From NCBI GenBank assembly GCA_963764505.1, contig CAVXSP010000001.1, positions 1,880,608 through 1,944,607 of the forward strand: a DNA stretch of 64,000 nucleotides. Direction: 5' to 3'. This stretch comes from an uncultured Acidobacteriota bacterium (GTDB lineage Bacteria > Acidobacteriota > Vicinamibacteria > Vicinamibacterales > SCN-69-37). Below are positions 28,358 to 36,949 of the stretch, one piece after another; positions within the stretch are counted from its first letter, which is position 1; each line of letters begins with the position of its first letter. Under the pieces are notes generated by a model. It made no database searches. It saw only the letters and a list, made by a program, of their open reading frames with translations, and was not told where the DNA came from. The position numbers and the translations under genes are program-made.

Positions 28358-30906
28358 CGTTCGCCCTCCGCATGGCCTTCCGGGAGCTCCGCGCTTCATG
28401 GGCGCGCCTGTTGTTCTTCTTCCTCTGCGTGGCGGTCGGCGTCGCGGCCATCGTCGTGCTGCGCAGCGTCATGCAGCAGGTGCGGGCCGTGCTGACGCAC
28501 GAGGCGCGGGACCTGGTCGGCGCCGACGTCGTGCTCAGGTCGACCCGGCCCTGGACGCCGGAGGAGCGCACCCGGATCCAGCACGCCATCGGTCCGGCCG
28601 GCGCCCCGGAGGCCGACCTCATCGAGACCCAGACGATGGCCGGGCGCCTGGAGAACGGGGAGGTGACCGCGGCGCGGCTGGTCGAGCTCCGGGGTGTCGA
28701 CGCCGGGTTCCCGTTCTACGGCACCCTGGAACTGGCCGATGGCCGCGCCTACGCCCACGACCTGCTCGTCGGCCGCGGCGCCCTGGTACAGCCCGAGATC
28801 CTGGCGCAGTTCGGCGCTTCCGTGGGCGATCAGCTCCGCCTCGGAGGCCAGGCGTTCACGATCCGCGGCGTCGTCTCGCGCGACCGCGTCCAGCGGTCCG
28901 GCGGATTGGCGTTCGGCCCGCGCGTGTACGTCGACCTCGACGACCTCGAGGGGCTGCCGATCCTCGGGTTCGGCGGCCGGGCCAGCTATCAGATTCTGCT
29001 GCGCGTGGAGGCCGGGACGATCGACGCGCTGACGCGCCGCCTCCGGCGCCTCTTCCGGGAGGATTTCGTCAGTGTGCAATCGTGGCGCGGCGTCGAGGAT
29101 CGCCTCGGCCGGAATCTGACGCTTGCCGAGAACTATCTCAGCCTCGTGGGGTTTGCCATCGTCGTGCTCGGCGGCATCGGGGTCTGGAGCGTCACGCGCG
29201 TGTTCGTGCAGCAGAAGGTCCGGAGCGTGGCCGTCCTGAAGTGCCTTGGGGCGTCCTCGCGCCTCGTGCTCTCGACCTACGTCCTGCAGGTGGGGTGGCT
29301 GGCGGCCTGCGGCAGCGTCGCCGGCGTCGGCCTGGGCGCCGTCGGGCTTCATTCGATCCCGGCCAGGCTGCTGACTCCGCTCAGCCTCACCGCGGTCGGC
29401 GTCACCTGGTCGGCGGCCACGCAGGGGATCGCGGTCGGCGTGCTCGTCTCGCTGCTGTTCGCCCTCGTGCCCCTGCTCGAGATGCGGCGGGTGAAGCCAC
29501 TGTTGCTCCTCCGGGCCGACACGGCGGACGCGGCACGGGCGCGCGACTGGCAGAGCGTGCTGGCCGCCGCCGGGATGGCTGGCGCGCTCGTGCTCGTCGC
29601 CATCTGGCAGGCGGACTCGGTGCGCGCCGGCGTGTACGTCTCGGTGGGACTGGCGGGCGTCGGGCTGGCGCTGCTCGGGGGCAGCGCCCTGCTCGTGCGC
29701 CTCGCGCGGCCGCTGACGCGATCCCGGCGATTCGCCGTCCGCCACGCCACCATCAGCCTGGGCCGGCCGGGCAACCAGACGCGGGTCGTCCTCGTGGCGG
29801 TGGGCCTCGGCTGCTTCTTCCTGCTCTGGATGCGGGCGCTTCAGGGCAACCTCCTCGCGGAGTTCGGGGGCCAGCTCAGCCGCGACGCGCCCGACCTCGT
29901 GCTGATCGACATCCAGCCCGACCAGCTCGAGGGCGTGCGGGCGGCCGTGGCGCCGTACGTCACGCAGCCGCCGAACACCTGGCCGATGATGCGGGCGCGG
30001 GTAGTGGGAATCGATGGGCGGCGCGTGCACCTGCCGGACCCCGCCGCCGTCCGGAGGCAGGGTCGCCTCACGCGCGAGTTCGGCGTCACCTATCGTGACG
30101 CGCTGCAGGGGAACGAAGAGCTTACGGCGGGGCGGTTCTGGACGGAGCCGATTCGATCGGCACACCTGCCCGACGGGACCGACACGGAAGTCTCGATCGA
30201 GGAGCAGGTACACTCGCGCGCCGACGTCGATCTGGGCGATCTCATGCGGTTCGACGTGGGGGGTGTCGTCATTCGTGCGCGCGTCACGTCGGTGCGGAAG
30301 GTGAGCTGGGACGAGGCGCAGAACGGCGGGTTCGTGTTCGTGCTTCGGCCCGGACCGGCCGTCGATCGGGCCCCGCAGACCTTCGTGGGCTTTCTGAAGG
30401 TGCCGCCCGGGCCGGAAGCGGCGGGCGCGCTCCAGCGCGAGCTCGTGCGGGCGTTTCCGAACGTCTCCGCCATCGACGTCCGCGAGCTGCTGGCCTCGAT
30501 CAAGGAGGTGGTGGACAATGCGACGCTCGGGATCACGATCGTGGGTGGCGTGACCCTCTTCAGCGGACTGCTGATCCTCGTCGGCGCCGTTGCGGTGACC
30601 AAGTTCCAGCGGCTGTACGAGGCCGCGATCTACCGGACGCTGGGCGCCAGCACCCGTGTGCTGGCATCGATGACGGCGATCGAGTACGGGCTGCTCGGCG
30701 CGCTCGCGGGCCTGCTCGGCGCCGCCGGGGCGCTCGGACTCTCGTGGCTGGTCGTGACCCGCCTCTTCGAAATCGAATGGCATCCGACGCCGGGACTGCT
30801 CGCGGGCGGCGTGGTGCTGGCGGCGCTCCTCGTCTCGCTCGTGGGTGTGCTGTCGAGCGCCGACGTGCTCGTCAAGAAGCCCCTGAGCACGCTGCGGGGA
30901 GAGTGA
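28354..30906 (+). CDS. FtsX-domain ABC permease, duplicated 10-TM type (YbbP-like).
   Basis: The protein is 850 aa with two FtsX-like 4-TM modules. Its start overlaps the ATPase stop (ATGA). Confidence 0.8.
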   Translation: MTFALRMAFRELRASWARLLFFFLCVAVGVAAIVVLRSVMQQVRAVLTHEARDLVGADVVLRSTRPWTPEERTRIQHAIGPAGAPEADLIETQTMAGRLENGEVTAARLVELRGVDAGFPFYGTLELADGRAYAHDLLVGRGALVQPEILAQFGASVGDQLRLGGQAFTIRGVVSRDRVQRSGGLAFGPRVYVDLDDLEGLPILGFGGRASYQILLRVEAGTIDALTRRLRRLFREDFVSVQSWRGVEDRLGRNLTLAENYLSLVGFAIVVLGGIGVWSVTRVFVQQKVRSVAVLKCLGASSRLVLSTYVLQVGWLAACGSVAGVGLGAVGLHSIPARLLTPLSLTAVGVTWSAATQGIAVGVLVSLLFALVPLLEMRRVKPLLLLRADTADAARARDWQSVLAAAGMAGALVLVAIWQADSVRAGVYVSVGLAGVGLALLGGSALLVRLARPLTRSRRFAVRHATISLGRPGNQTRVVLVAVGLGCFFLLWMRALQGNLLAEFGGQLSRDAPDLVLIDIQPDQLEGVRAAVAPYVTQPPNTWPMMRARVVGIDGRRVHLPDPAAVRRQGRLTREFGVTYRDALQGNEELTAGRFWTEPIRSAHLPDGTDTEVSIEEQVHSRADVDLGDLMRFDVGGVVIRARVTSVRKVSWDEAQNGGFVFVLRPGPAVDRAPQTFVGFLKVPPGPEAAGALQRELVRAFPNVSAIDVRELLASIKEVVDNATLGITIVGGVTLFSGLLILVGAVAVTKFQRLYEAAIYRTLGASTRVLASMTAIEYGLLGALAGLLGAAGALGLSWLVVTRLFEIEWHPTPGLLAGGVVLAALLVSLVGVLSSADVLVKKPLSTLRGE

Positions 30907-30925
30907 AAGGAGGCGGGCCCGGAGA

Positions 30926-30934
30926 TGCTAGAAT
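30926..30934 (+). promoter_or_regulatory. Candidate extended -10 element (TGCTAGAAT) upstream of the DksA-family gene.
   Basis: The sequence TGCTAGAAT lies 41 nt before the ATG at 30975. The same 9-mer occurs upstream of the ECF sigma gene. Confidence 0.4.
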
Positions 30935-30974
30935 CTTCTGTTGAGCCGGCCCTGCCAGGGCCGGCCGAACGCCG

Positions 30975-31337
30975 ATGACGCAACCAGGCCTGACCGAGAC
31001 GCAGCTGAACGGATTGAAGGACGCGCTGCTCCGGAAGCGCGGCGAAATCCTGGCGAATTCCACCGGGACGCGCCCGCTCCCGGAGTCGATGGACGTCAAC
31101 AGCCGGCAGGGCGACCTCGCGGATCAGGCCAGCGGCAACAACGAAGTGCATATCGCGTTGAAGCTGAAGCAGACCGACGCCAAGATCCTGCAGGCCATCG
31201 AGGAGGCGCTGTACCGGATGGAGAAGGGCACCTACGGGATCTGCCGCGACTGCGGCGAGCCGATCTCGCTCGCCCGGCTCGAAGCCATCCCCTGGACGCG
31301 CGTCTGCATCAGCTGCAAGCAGAAGCAAAGCGCGTGA
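30975..31337 (+). CDS. DksA/TraR-family C4 zinc-finger protein.
   Basis: It has the zinc finger CRDCGEPISLARLEAIPWTRVCISC and a coiled-coil region with the DxxDxA-like motif (GDLADQAS). Confidence 0.8.
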   Translation: MTQPGLTETQLNGLKDALLRKRGEILANSTGTRPLPESMDVNSRQGDLADQASGNNEVHIALKLKQTDAKILQAIEEALYRMEKGTYGICRDCGEPISLARLEAIPWTRVCISCKQKQSA

Positions 31338-31822
31338 AGCCCACCGACCTGCTGTCCGTTCTCCTCCAGTTCCATCGCGAGAAGCTCGCGATGCGGCAAC
31401 GGCACGCCGCCGTCGCGCGCCACGTGAGCAGCTACTCGTTCAACAACACGTACCAGTACGTCATCGCGCGGGAGGACGTGCACCTCTCCTGGCTCGATGC
31501 CGCCGTTGGGGAGCTCGGCGGCACGCCGGATCGGCTCGACGAGCCGTCGCTGGCTGTCGCCCGGAAGACGCCCGACGCCTTCCGTCCGCTCGTCGAGGAG
31601 GACGCCCGCGAAGCCGCCGAGTTCGTGGCGCGCTGGCGGCCCCGCGTGGGCGAGGTGACGCACGCCCGGCATCGCAACATGCTGCGCGTCATCCTTGGCG
31701 AGGTGCTCGAGCACAAGCGGTTCTTCGATCAGATGATCGCCGGCCGCGACGACCTGCTCGGCCGGCGGATGGACGGCGCCGGCACGGGCAACGGCGTGCT
31801 CGGCGTCAGGTGGCTCGAGTAG
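31334..31822 (+). CDS. Hypothetical helical protein (162 aa).
   Basis: The GTG start overlaps the upstream stop (GTGA), and GC3 is high. No family was recognised. Confidence 0.45.
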   Translation: MKPTDLLSVLLQFHREKLAMRQRHAAVARHVSSYSFNNTYQYVIAREDVHLSWLDAAVGELGGTPDRLDEPSLAVARKTPDAFRPLVEEDAREAAEFVARWRPRVGEVTHARHRNMLRVILGEVLEHKRFFDQMIAGRDDLLGRRMDGAGTGNGVLGVRWLE

Positions 31823-31828
31823 GGGAGC

Positions 31829-32338
31829 GTGGCGGACCGCGTCGCCGTCGCCCTGGGCTCGAACCTCGGCGACCGCCGGAGTCATCTGACGTTCGCCGTC
31901 GAGCGGCTCGGGCCGCTTCTCTCCGGGCTTCGCGTGTCCCTCTTCCGAAACACCGAGCCGGTCGGCGTCCCCGATCCACAGCCCGACTATCTCAACGCCG
32001 CCGCGATCGGCCGGACGCTGCTCGATCCGCACGCCTTCCTGCGCGCGCTGCTGGCCATCGAGGACGCGCGCGGCCGCAGCCGCCCGTTCTTCCACGCGCC
32101 CAGGAGCCTCGATCTCGATTTGATCCTGTTTGGGGACCAGGTGATCGACACGCCCGATCTCGTGGTGCCGCATCCGCGGTTCCGGGAGCGCGCGTTCGTC
32201 CTCGAGCCGCTCGTCGAGCTGGCCCCGGATTGGACCGACCCGGTCACCGGCAAGACCCTTCGAGATCTCGGCCGAAGCGCGACGCCCAGAGCCCGAAGCC
32301 CAAAGCCCAAAGCGCGAAGCCCAAGGCTCAAAGCCTGA
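31829..32338 (+). CDS. folK: 2-amino-4-hydroxy-6-hydroxymethyldihydropteridine pyrophosphokinase (HPPK).
   Basis: Motifs VALGSNLGD, RPFFHAPRSLDLDLILFG, LVVPHPRFRERAFVLEPL are present. The last ~17 aa (PRARSPKPKARSPRLKA) are encoded by a heptamer repeat array. Confidence 0.85.
   Translation: MADRVAVALGSNLGDRRSHLTFAVERLGPLLSGLRVSLFRNTEPVGVPDPQPDYLNAAAIGRTLLDPHAFLRALLAIEDARGRSRPFFHAPRSLDLDLILFGDQVIDTPDLVVPHPRFRERAFVLEPLVELAPDWTDPVTGKTLRDLGRSATPRARSPKPKARSPRLKA
32288..32336. repeat. Heptamer tandem array, 7 units (AGAGCCC GAAGCCC AAAGCCC AAAGCGC GAAGCCC AAGGCTC AAAGCCT).
   Basis: Read directly from the sequence. The array overlaps the last ~17 codons and the stop codon of folK. Confidence 0.9.
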
Positions 32339-32358
32339 ATTTCGCGTTCCAAGAGAAA

Positions 32359-32384
32359 ACCGGCGGGAGAGGTCTCCCGCCGGT
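32359..32384. terminator. Bidirectional intrinsic-terminator-like hairpin between folK (+) and the efflux cluster (-).
   Basis: The arms ACCGGCGGGAGA and TCTCCCGCCGGT are perfectly complementary. The minus strand continues with TTTTCTCTT and the plus strand has an A-tract before the stem. Confidence 0.7.
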
Positions 32385-32433
32385 CTTGGGTGGTGCCCTC
32401 TGAAGGGCAGCCGTGCGTGCGTCGTGCCTGCGC

Positions 32434-32946
32434 CTACATGCCCTTCTTGTAGGTCAGCTTCGTCGTCGGACTGCCGTCCGCTCCGTAGTTCTGCACGACC
32501 ATGTTGCCGCCCTCCATCGAGAGCGTCTGCTTGGTGCTGACGGGGTTGCCGCCCATGTCCATCGAGGTGGTGATGGTCAGGTTGTTGCCTTCCCACATCG
32601 CCTTCTGCGTCTGCTCCATTTCGCCGCCCCGACCCATCACGGTGTTCTTGCTGTCGGAGCCATCCAGCTTGATGGTCAGCTTCACCGGGTTCTGACCCTG
32701 CATCTTCTCGATCGTCAGCGTGTTGGCGTCCTGCGTGATGGTCACTTCCATCCCGCTGACGGCGCCGCCGCCGCGTCCGCCGCGTCCGCCGCGGCCACCG
32801 CCACCGCCGCCACCGCCCGGCGCACCGCCGCCAGCCGGCATCTCCATCGCCCACTTGCCTGCGAAGTTCGGCTTCGCTTGCGCGTTCATCCCGACGGTGT
32901 AGAGCACCACCGCCAGTGCGCTCATCAGCACTGCTGCACGCTTCAT
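32434..32946 (-). CDS. Small secreted lipocalin/beta-barrel-like protein with a Gly/Arg tract.
   Basis: A signal peptide is followed by FAGKW, a (G)8RGGRGGRGGG tract, and alternating beta-strand-like sequence. It is the last gene of the efflux cluster. Confidence 0.5.
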   Translation of the reverse strand: MKRAAVLMSALAVVLYTVGMNAQAKPNFAGKWAMEMPAGGGAPGGGGGGGGRGGRGGRGGGAVSGMEVTITQDANTLTIEKMQGQNPVKLTIKLDGSDSKNTVMGRGGEMEQTQKAMWEGNNLTITTSMDMGGNPVSTKQTLSMEGGNMVVQNYGADGSPTTKLTYKKGM

Positions 32947-33027
32947 ATGTTCCTACTCCATGAAAACGGAGGCCGCGTCAGCGGCCTCCGGGACCGCCTT
33001 CTCCGACGCCCAGCCAATAGAACCCGT

Positions 33028-34245
33028 TCATTCGAACCGCAATGCCTCGATCGGGTCAAGTCCGGCGGCCTTTCGGGCAGGGTAGAACCCGAAGAAGATG
33101 CCGACGAACGCCGAGAAGCCCACCGCGACGACCACCGAGTTCAGCGGCACCAGGGTGGGCAGATTGTTGTAGTACTTCAGGCCCTCGGAGACGACGTAGC
33201 CCAGGCCGATTCCGACCGCGCCTCCGACGACGCTGATCACGATCGCCTCGATCAGGAACTGGAGCAGGACGTCGAAACCACGCGCGCCGATCGCCAGACG
33301 CAGGCCGATCTCGCGCGTGCGCTCGGTCACCGACACGAGCATGATGTTCATGATGCCGATCCCGCCGACGACGAGCGACACGCCGGCGATGCCGGCCAGC
33401 AGCGTCGTCATCGTCTGGGTCTGCTGCGTCCGGAGCGCGACGATGTCGTCCTGGGTCTGGACCGTGACGTCATCGGGGTCGCCCTGCGCGAGCTGGTGGC
33501 GCGTCCGCATCGTCTGCAGGATGTCCGCCTGCGCGACCTGCACTTCGTCGGCCGTTCTCGTCGAGACGAGGATCATGTTGATGAACTGCTGTCCCGACAG
33601 CTTCTTCATCACGGTCGTGTATGGCACGAAGACCTGGTCGTCCTGGCTCTGGCCGCCGGCGCCGGCGCCCTTGGACGTCATCACGCCGAGCACCCGGAAG
33701 ATCTGATTGCGGACGCGGATCTGCTGGTCGGTCGGATCGACCTCTTCCCCGAAGAGATTGTCGGACACGTTCGACCCGAGCACGCACACCTTGGATGCGG
33801 CCCGGACGTCCTCGGGCGCGAAGAACGCGCCGTACTTCACCGGCCAGGATCGGATGACCGGCAGATCGATGTTCACGCCCTGGATGCTCGTCTGCCAGTT
33901 CTGGTTCCCGTAGATCACCTGGGTCCGCGTGCCGACGACCTCGGAGACGGCGTCCACTTCCGGCAGCTCGCGCAGCGCCTCGGCGTCCTCCGGCAGCAAG
34001 CGGCTCGACGTGCCCATGCCGCCGCGGACGCCGCCGGTGTTGATGCTGCCGGGGAAGACCGTCAGCATGTTCGTCCCGGCGGACTTGATCTGCTCCTCGA
34101 TCTGGGCCTGCGCTCCCGTGCCCATGGCGACCATGGCGATGACGGCCGCGACGCCGATGATCATCCCGAGCATGGTCAGCGCCGTCCGCATCTTGTTGCG
34201 GCCGAGCGCCTTGAAGGCAATCCGAAGGGTCATCATTATCGACAT
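33028..34245 (-). CDS. MacB-type ABC transporter permease (FtsX domain with a periplasmic MacB_PCD).
   Basis: The N-terminus is LRIAFKALGRNKMRTALTMLGMIIGVAAV, followed by a large periplasmic loop and a C-terminal FtsX 3-TM block. Confidence 0.85.
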   Translation of the reverse strand: MSIMMTLRIAFKALGRNKMRTALTMLGMIIGVAAVIAMVAMGTGAQAQIEEQIKSAGTNMLTVFPGSINTGGVRGGMGTSSRLLPEDAEALRELPEVDAVSEVVGTRTQVIYGNQNWQTSIQGVNIDLPVIRSWPVKYGAFFAPEDVRAASKVCVLGSNVSDNLFGEEVDPTDQQIRVRNQIFRVLGVMTSKGAGAGGQSQDDQVFVPYTTVMKKLSGQQFINMILVSTRTADEVQVAQADILQTMRTRHQLAQGDPDDVTVQTQDDIVALRTQQTQTMTTLLAGIAGVSLVVGGIGIMNIMLVSVTERTREIGLRLAIGARGFDVLLQFLIEAIVISVVGGAVGIGLGYVVSEGLKYYNNLPTLVPLNSVVVAVGFSAFVGIFFGFYPARKAAGLDPIEALRFE

Positions 34246-34299
34246 GGGGACAATCCGCCTCTCGAGGCACGGGCGCCGCCGGGGGAGCCTGGCTTCGCC

Positions 34300-35115
34300 T
34301 CAGTGATGCACGGCCGGTTCGTGCGCCTCGGCCGTATGCTCCTTCGGTGCAGGAATCTCGTCGGGCTCCGGCGGCGGCAGGGCCGCCAGTTCTTCGTCCG
34401 CGTTGCGACGATGGACGACCTTCTGGTCCGCGACGACCCGGCCGTCGCGGAACCGGATCAGCCGGGTGCCGTACTCCGCGATGTCCATCTCGTGGGTGAT
34501 GAGCAGCACGGTGATGCCCCGCTCGCGGTTCAGTCGCTGAAAGATCCCCATCACCTCGATGCTGGTCCGCGTGTCGAGGTTGCCGGTCGGCTCGTCGGCC
34601 AGGAGAATGGACGGCTCGTTGATCAACGCCCGGGCGATGGCGACGCGCTGCTGCTGGCCGCCCGAGAGCTGGTTCGGAAAGTGATGGCACCGATTGGCCA
34701 GGTTCACCGCCTCGAGCACGGCCATGGCGCGCTGGTGGCGGTCCTTCGTCCGGAGCCGGTTCGGCCCGGTCTTCGCGTTGTAGAGGAGCGGCAGCTCGAC
34801 GTTGTCCAGGGCGGTCGTCCGGGAGAGCAGGTTGAACCCCTGGAAGACGAAGCCGATCTTCTGGTTGCGCACGCGGGCCAGCTCGTCCTTCGAGAGCTTC
34901 GACACGTCCTTGCCGTCCAGGATGTAGTCGCCGCTCGTCGGCCAATCGAGACAGCCGGCGATGTGCATGAACGTGCTCTTGCCCGAACCAGAGGGTCCGG
35001 TCACCGCGACGAACTCACCCGGTTCGACGGCCAGGGTCACGCCGCGGAGCGCGTGCACCTTGATTTCGCCGACCGTGTAGACCTTGGTGAGATCACTCAC
35101 CTCAATGACGGGCAC
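34300..35115 (-). CDS. MacB-type ABC transporter ATP-binding protein.
   Basis: It has Walker [10 protein letters not shown], the signature [15 protein letters not shown], and Walker [12 protein letters not shown]. Confidence 0.9.
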   Translation of the reverse strand: MPVIEVSDLTKVYTVGEIKVHALRGVTLAVEPGEFVAVTGPSGSGKSTFMHIAGCLDWPTSGDYILDGKDVSKLSKDELARVRNQKIGFVFQGFNLLSRTTALDNVELPLLYNAKTGPNRLRTKDRHQRAMAVLEAVNLANRCHHFPNQLSGGQQQRVAIARALINEPSILLADEPTGNLDTRTSIEVMGIFQRLNRERGITVLLITHEMDIAEYGTRLIRFRDGRVVADQKVVHRRNADEELAALPPPEPDEIPAPKEHTAEAHEPAVHH

Positions 35116-35151
35116 TACATTCTCCTGTCGCTGCCTAGTGACACTCTACCC

Positions 35152-36942
35152 CTAGTCGCCTCTGCGCCCGCCGCCACCGCCGCCGCCCCGCGGACCGCCG
35201 GGGCCGAAGCCGCCGCGCTGCGGCTGGAAGATGTTCTGCTGGCCCGCTTTGGGCAGTGCGCTGGTGGGCGGGATGACGCCGGTCACGACCATGGCGCCGG
35301 CCTTCAGGGGCTCGCTCGAGGACACGACTTCGCTGAACTGCGTGTCGGTCAATCCCACCCGCACGTTGATCTGCCGCAGCTTCTTGTTCGGATCGGTGGC
35401 CTTCTCGTCATAGACCCACAGCGTCCCCGGCTGGATGCGCTTGGGGACCGACGAGAACAGGTCGTCGATCTTCTCGGCATTGCGGTCGACGAGCGGCCTC
35501 ATGTCTCCGCCGGCGTCCTGGCTCGCCTGCGCTCCGCCGTCCTGGCGCCGGCCGCCGCGCCCGCCGAACCGCTGCTGGAACTCGGCCATCTGCTCGGGCG
35601 TGATGTTGCCGCCCGTGCCCCGGCCGAACCCGCCGTTCCGGCCGCCTCGGCCGGTGACTCCGCCGTTCTGTGCGCTCCGGCCGCCGGGCGCGCCGGTCTG
35701 GCCCTGGCTCTGGAACTGACCGGGCTGCCGGTTCTGCCCGGCGCCGCCCTGGCCCCCCTGGCCGCCCGCGCCGGCCTCGGCGGACCGTCGCCGTCGCTGG
35801 CCGTTCGGACCGTTCTGCCCCGCTGACGCGTCGGCTTGAAGATTGCCGCCGGGGCGGCCGGTCCCTTCCGCGGTGTCCATGTTGGCGCCGCGTCCGCTGC
35901 CTGTCCGTCCGGAGGCGTCCGCGTTCGCGCCGCCGACGCGGCCCCGGCCCGACGCGGGCGGCGTCATGCCGAGCCACGTGTAGATGTCGGACGTCGGCCG
36001 GAACCTCAGCGCCTGGTTCGGCACCTTCAGCACGTTGTTCGCCTGGTCGACGATGATGCGGAGACTGGCCGTCATGCTGGGCCGCAGCTTGAGATCCGGG
36101 TTCTGCACGTTGATCCAGACCGGATATGTGACGACGTTGTTCTGCGTCTGCGCGTTCAGGCGCACGGCGTCGACGGAGCCGTAGAACGTCTGTCCCTGGT
36201 AGGAATCGACCGTGAAGGCCACCCTCATGCCCCGCCGGATGTAGCCGATGTCGGCTTCGTCCACGCTCGCCGAGAGCTTCAGCGTGGTCAGGTCCGTCGC
36301 GATCGTGAAGAACTGCGGTGTCGTCATGCTCGCCTGCACTGCCTGCCCGATGTCGACCTTTCGATCGACGACGACGCCGTCGACGGGCGAGGTGATGGTG
36401 CAGTAGGACACGTTCAGCTTGGCCTGATTGAGCTGCGCCTCCGACTGCACGAGCTGCTTCTCGGCCGAGTTGATCTGCGCCTGTCGGGTCTTCACCTGGA
36501 GCTGGGCCGTCTCGAGCTGCTGCGGGCTGACGAGCCCCTTCTCGAACTGCGCCTGCGTCCGCGTGAGGTTCACCTGGTCGTTCTCGAGCTGCACTTTCTG
36601 CTGCGCGATATCGCCCTGCTGGCGCTCGATGTTGGCCTGCTGGACCTCGACCTGGACCTGGAGCAGCGACGGATCCAGCTCGGCGATGACCTGATCCTTC
36701 TTCACGATCGAGTTGAAGTCGGCGTTCAGCGTCTTCACGATGCCGGACACCTGCGACCCGACCTGGACGTTCCGGAGCGCCTCGAGCGTGCCCGTCGCCT
36801 GCACGGCCTGGACGATGTTGCCCTGCTGGAGGGCCGCCTGAGTGACGGTCGCCTTGTCCTCGGACGCGCCGTACTTGACGTACGCGTAGTAGCCGGCGCC
36901 AGCCAGCAGAATCAGAATCAGCGCGATCAGCAGTTTTTTCAT
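35152..36942 (-). CDS. HlyD/MacA-like periplasmic adaptor (MFP) with a ~150-aa Gly/Arg/Gln/Asn-rich insertion and a G/R tail.
   Basis: It has an N-terminal anchor, a coiled-coil hairpin (QVEVQQANIERQQGDIAQQKVQLENDQ...) and lipoyl/beta-barrel blocks. A low-complexity region encoded roughly at 35480-35970 precedes the membrane-proximal domain. Confidence 0.8.
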   Translation of the reverse strand: MKKLLIALILILLAGAGYYAYVKYGASEDKATVTQAALQQGNIVQAVQATGTLEALRNVQVGSQVSGIVKTLNADFNSIVKKDQVIAELDPSLLQVQVEVQQANIERQQGDIAQQKVQLENDQVNLTRTQAQFEKGLVSPQQLETAQLQVKTRQAQINSAEKQLVQSEAQLNQAKLNVSYCTITSPVDGVVVDRKVDIGQAVQASMTTPQFFTIATDLTTLKLSASVDEADIGYIRRGMRVAFTVDSYQGQTFYGSVDAVRLNAQTQNNVVTYPVWINVQNPDLKLRPSMTASLRIIVDQANNVLKVPNQALRFRPTSDIYTWLGMTPPASGRGRVGGANADASGRTGSGRGANMDTAEGTGRPGGNLQADASAGQNGPNGQRRRRSAEAGAGGQGGQGGAGQNRQPGQFQSQGQTGAPGGRSAQNGGVTGRGGRNGGFGRGTGGNITPEQMAEFQQRFGGRGGRRQDGGAQASQDAGGDMRPLVDRNAEKIDDLFSSVPKRIQPGTLWVYDEKATDPNKKLRQINVRVGLTDTQFSEVVSSSEPLKAGAMVVTGVIPPTSALPKAGQQNIFQPQRGGFGPGGPRGGGGGGGRRGD

Positions 36943-36949
36943 GGTGTCT

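Noticed and set aside
32720-32902. A proline-rich ORF (PPPRPPRPPRPPPPPPPPGAPPPAG) on the plus strand.
   Set aside because: It is the antisense reading of the Gly/Arg tract of the better-supported minus-strand secreted protein (32434..32946).
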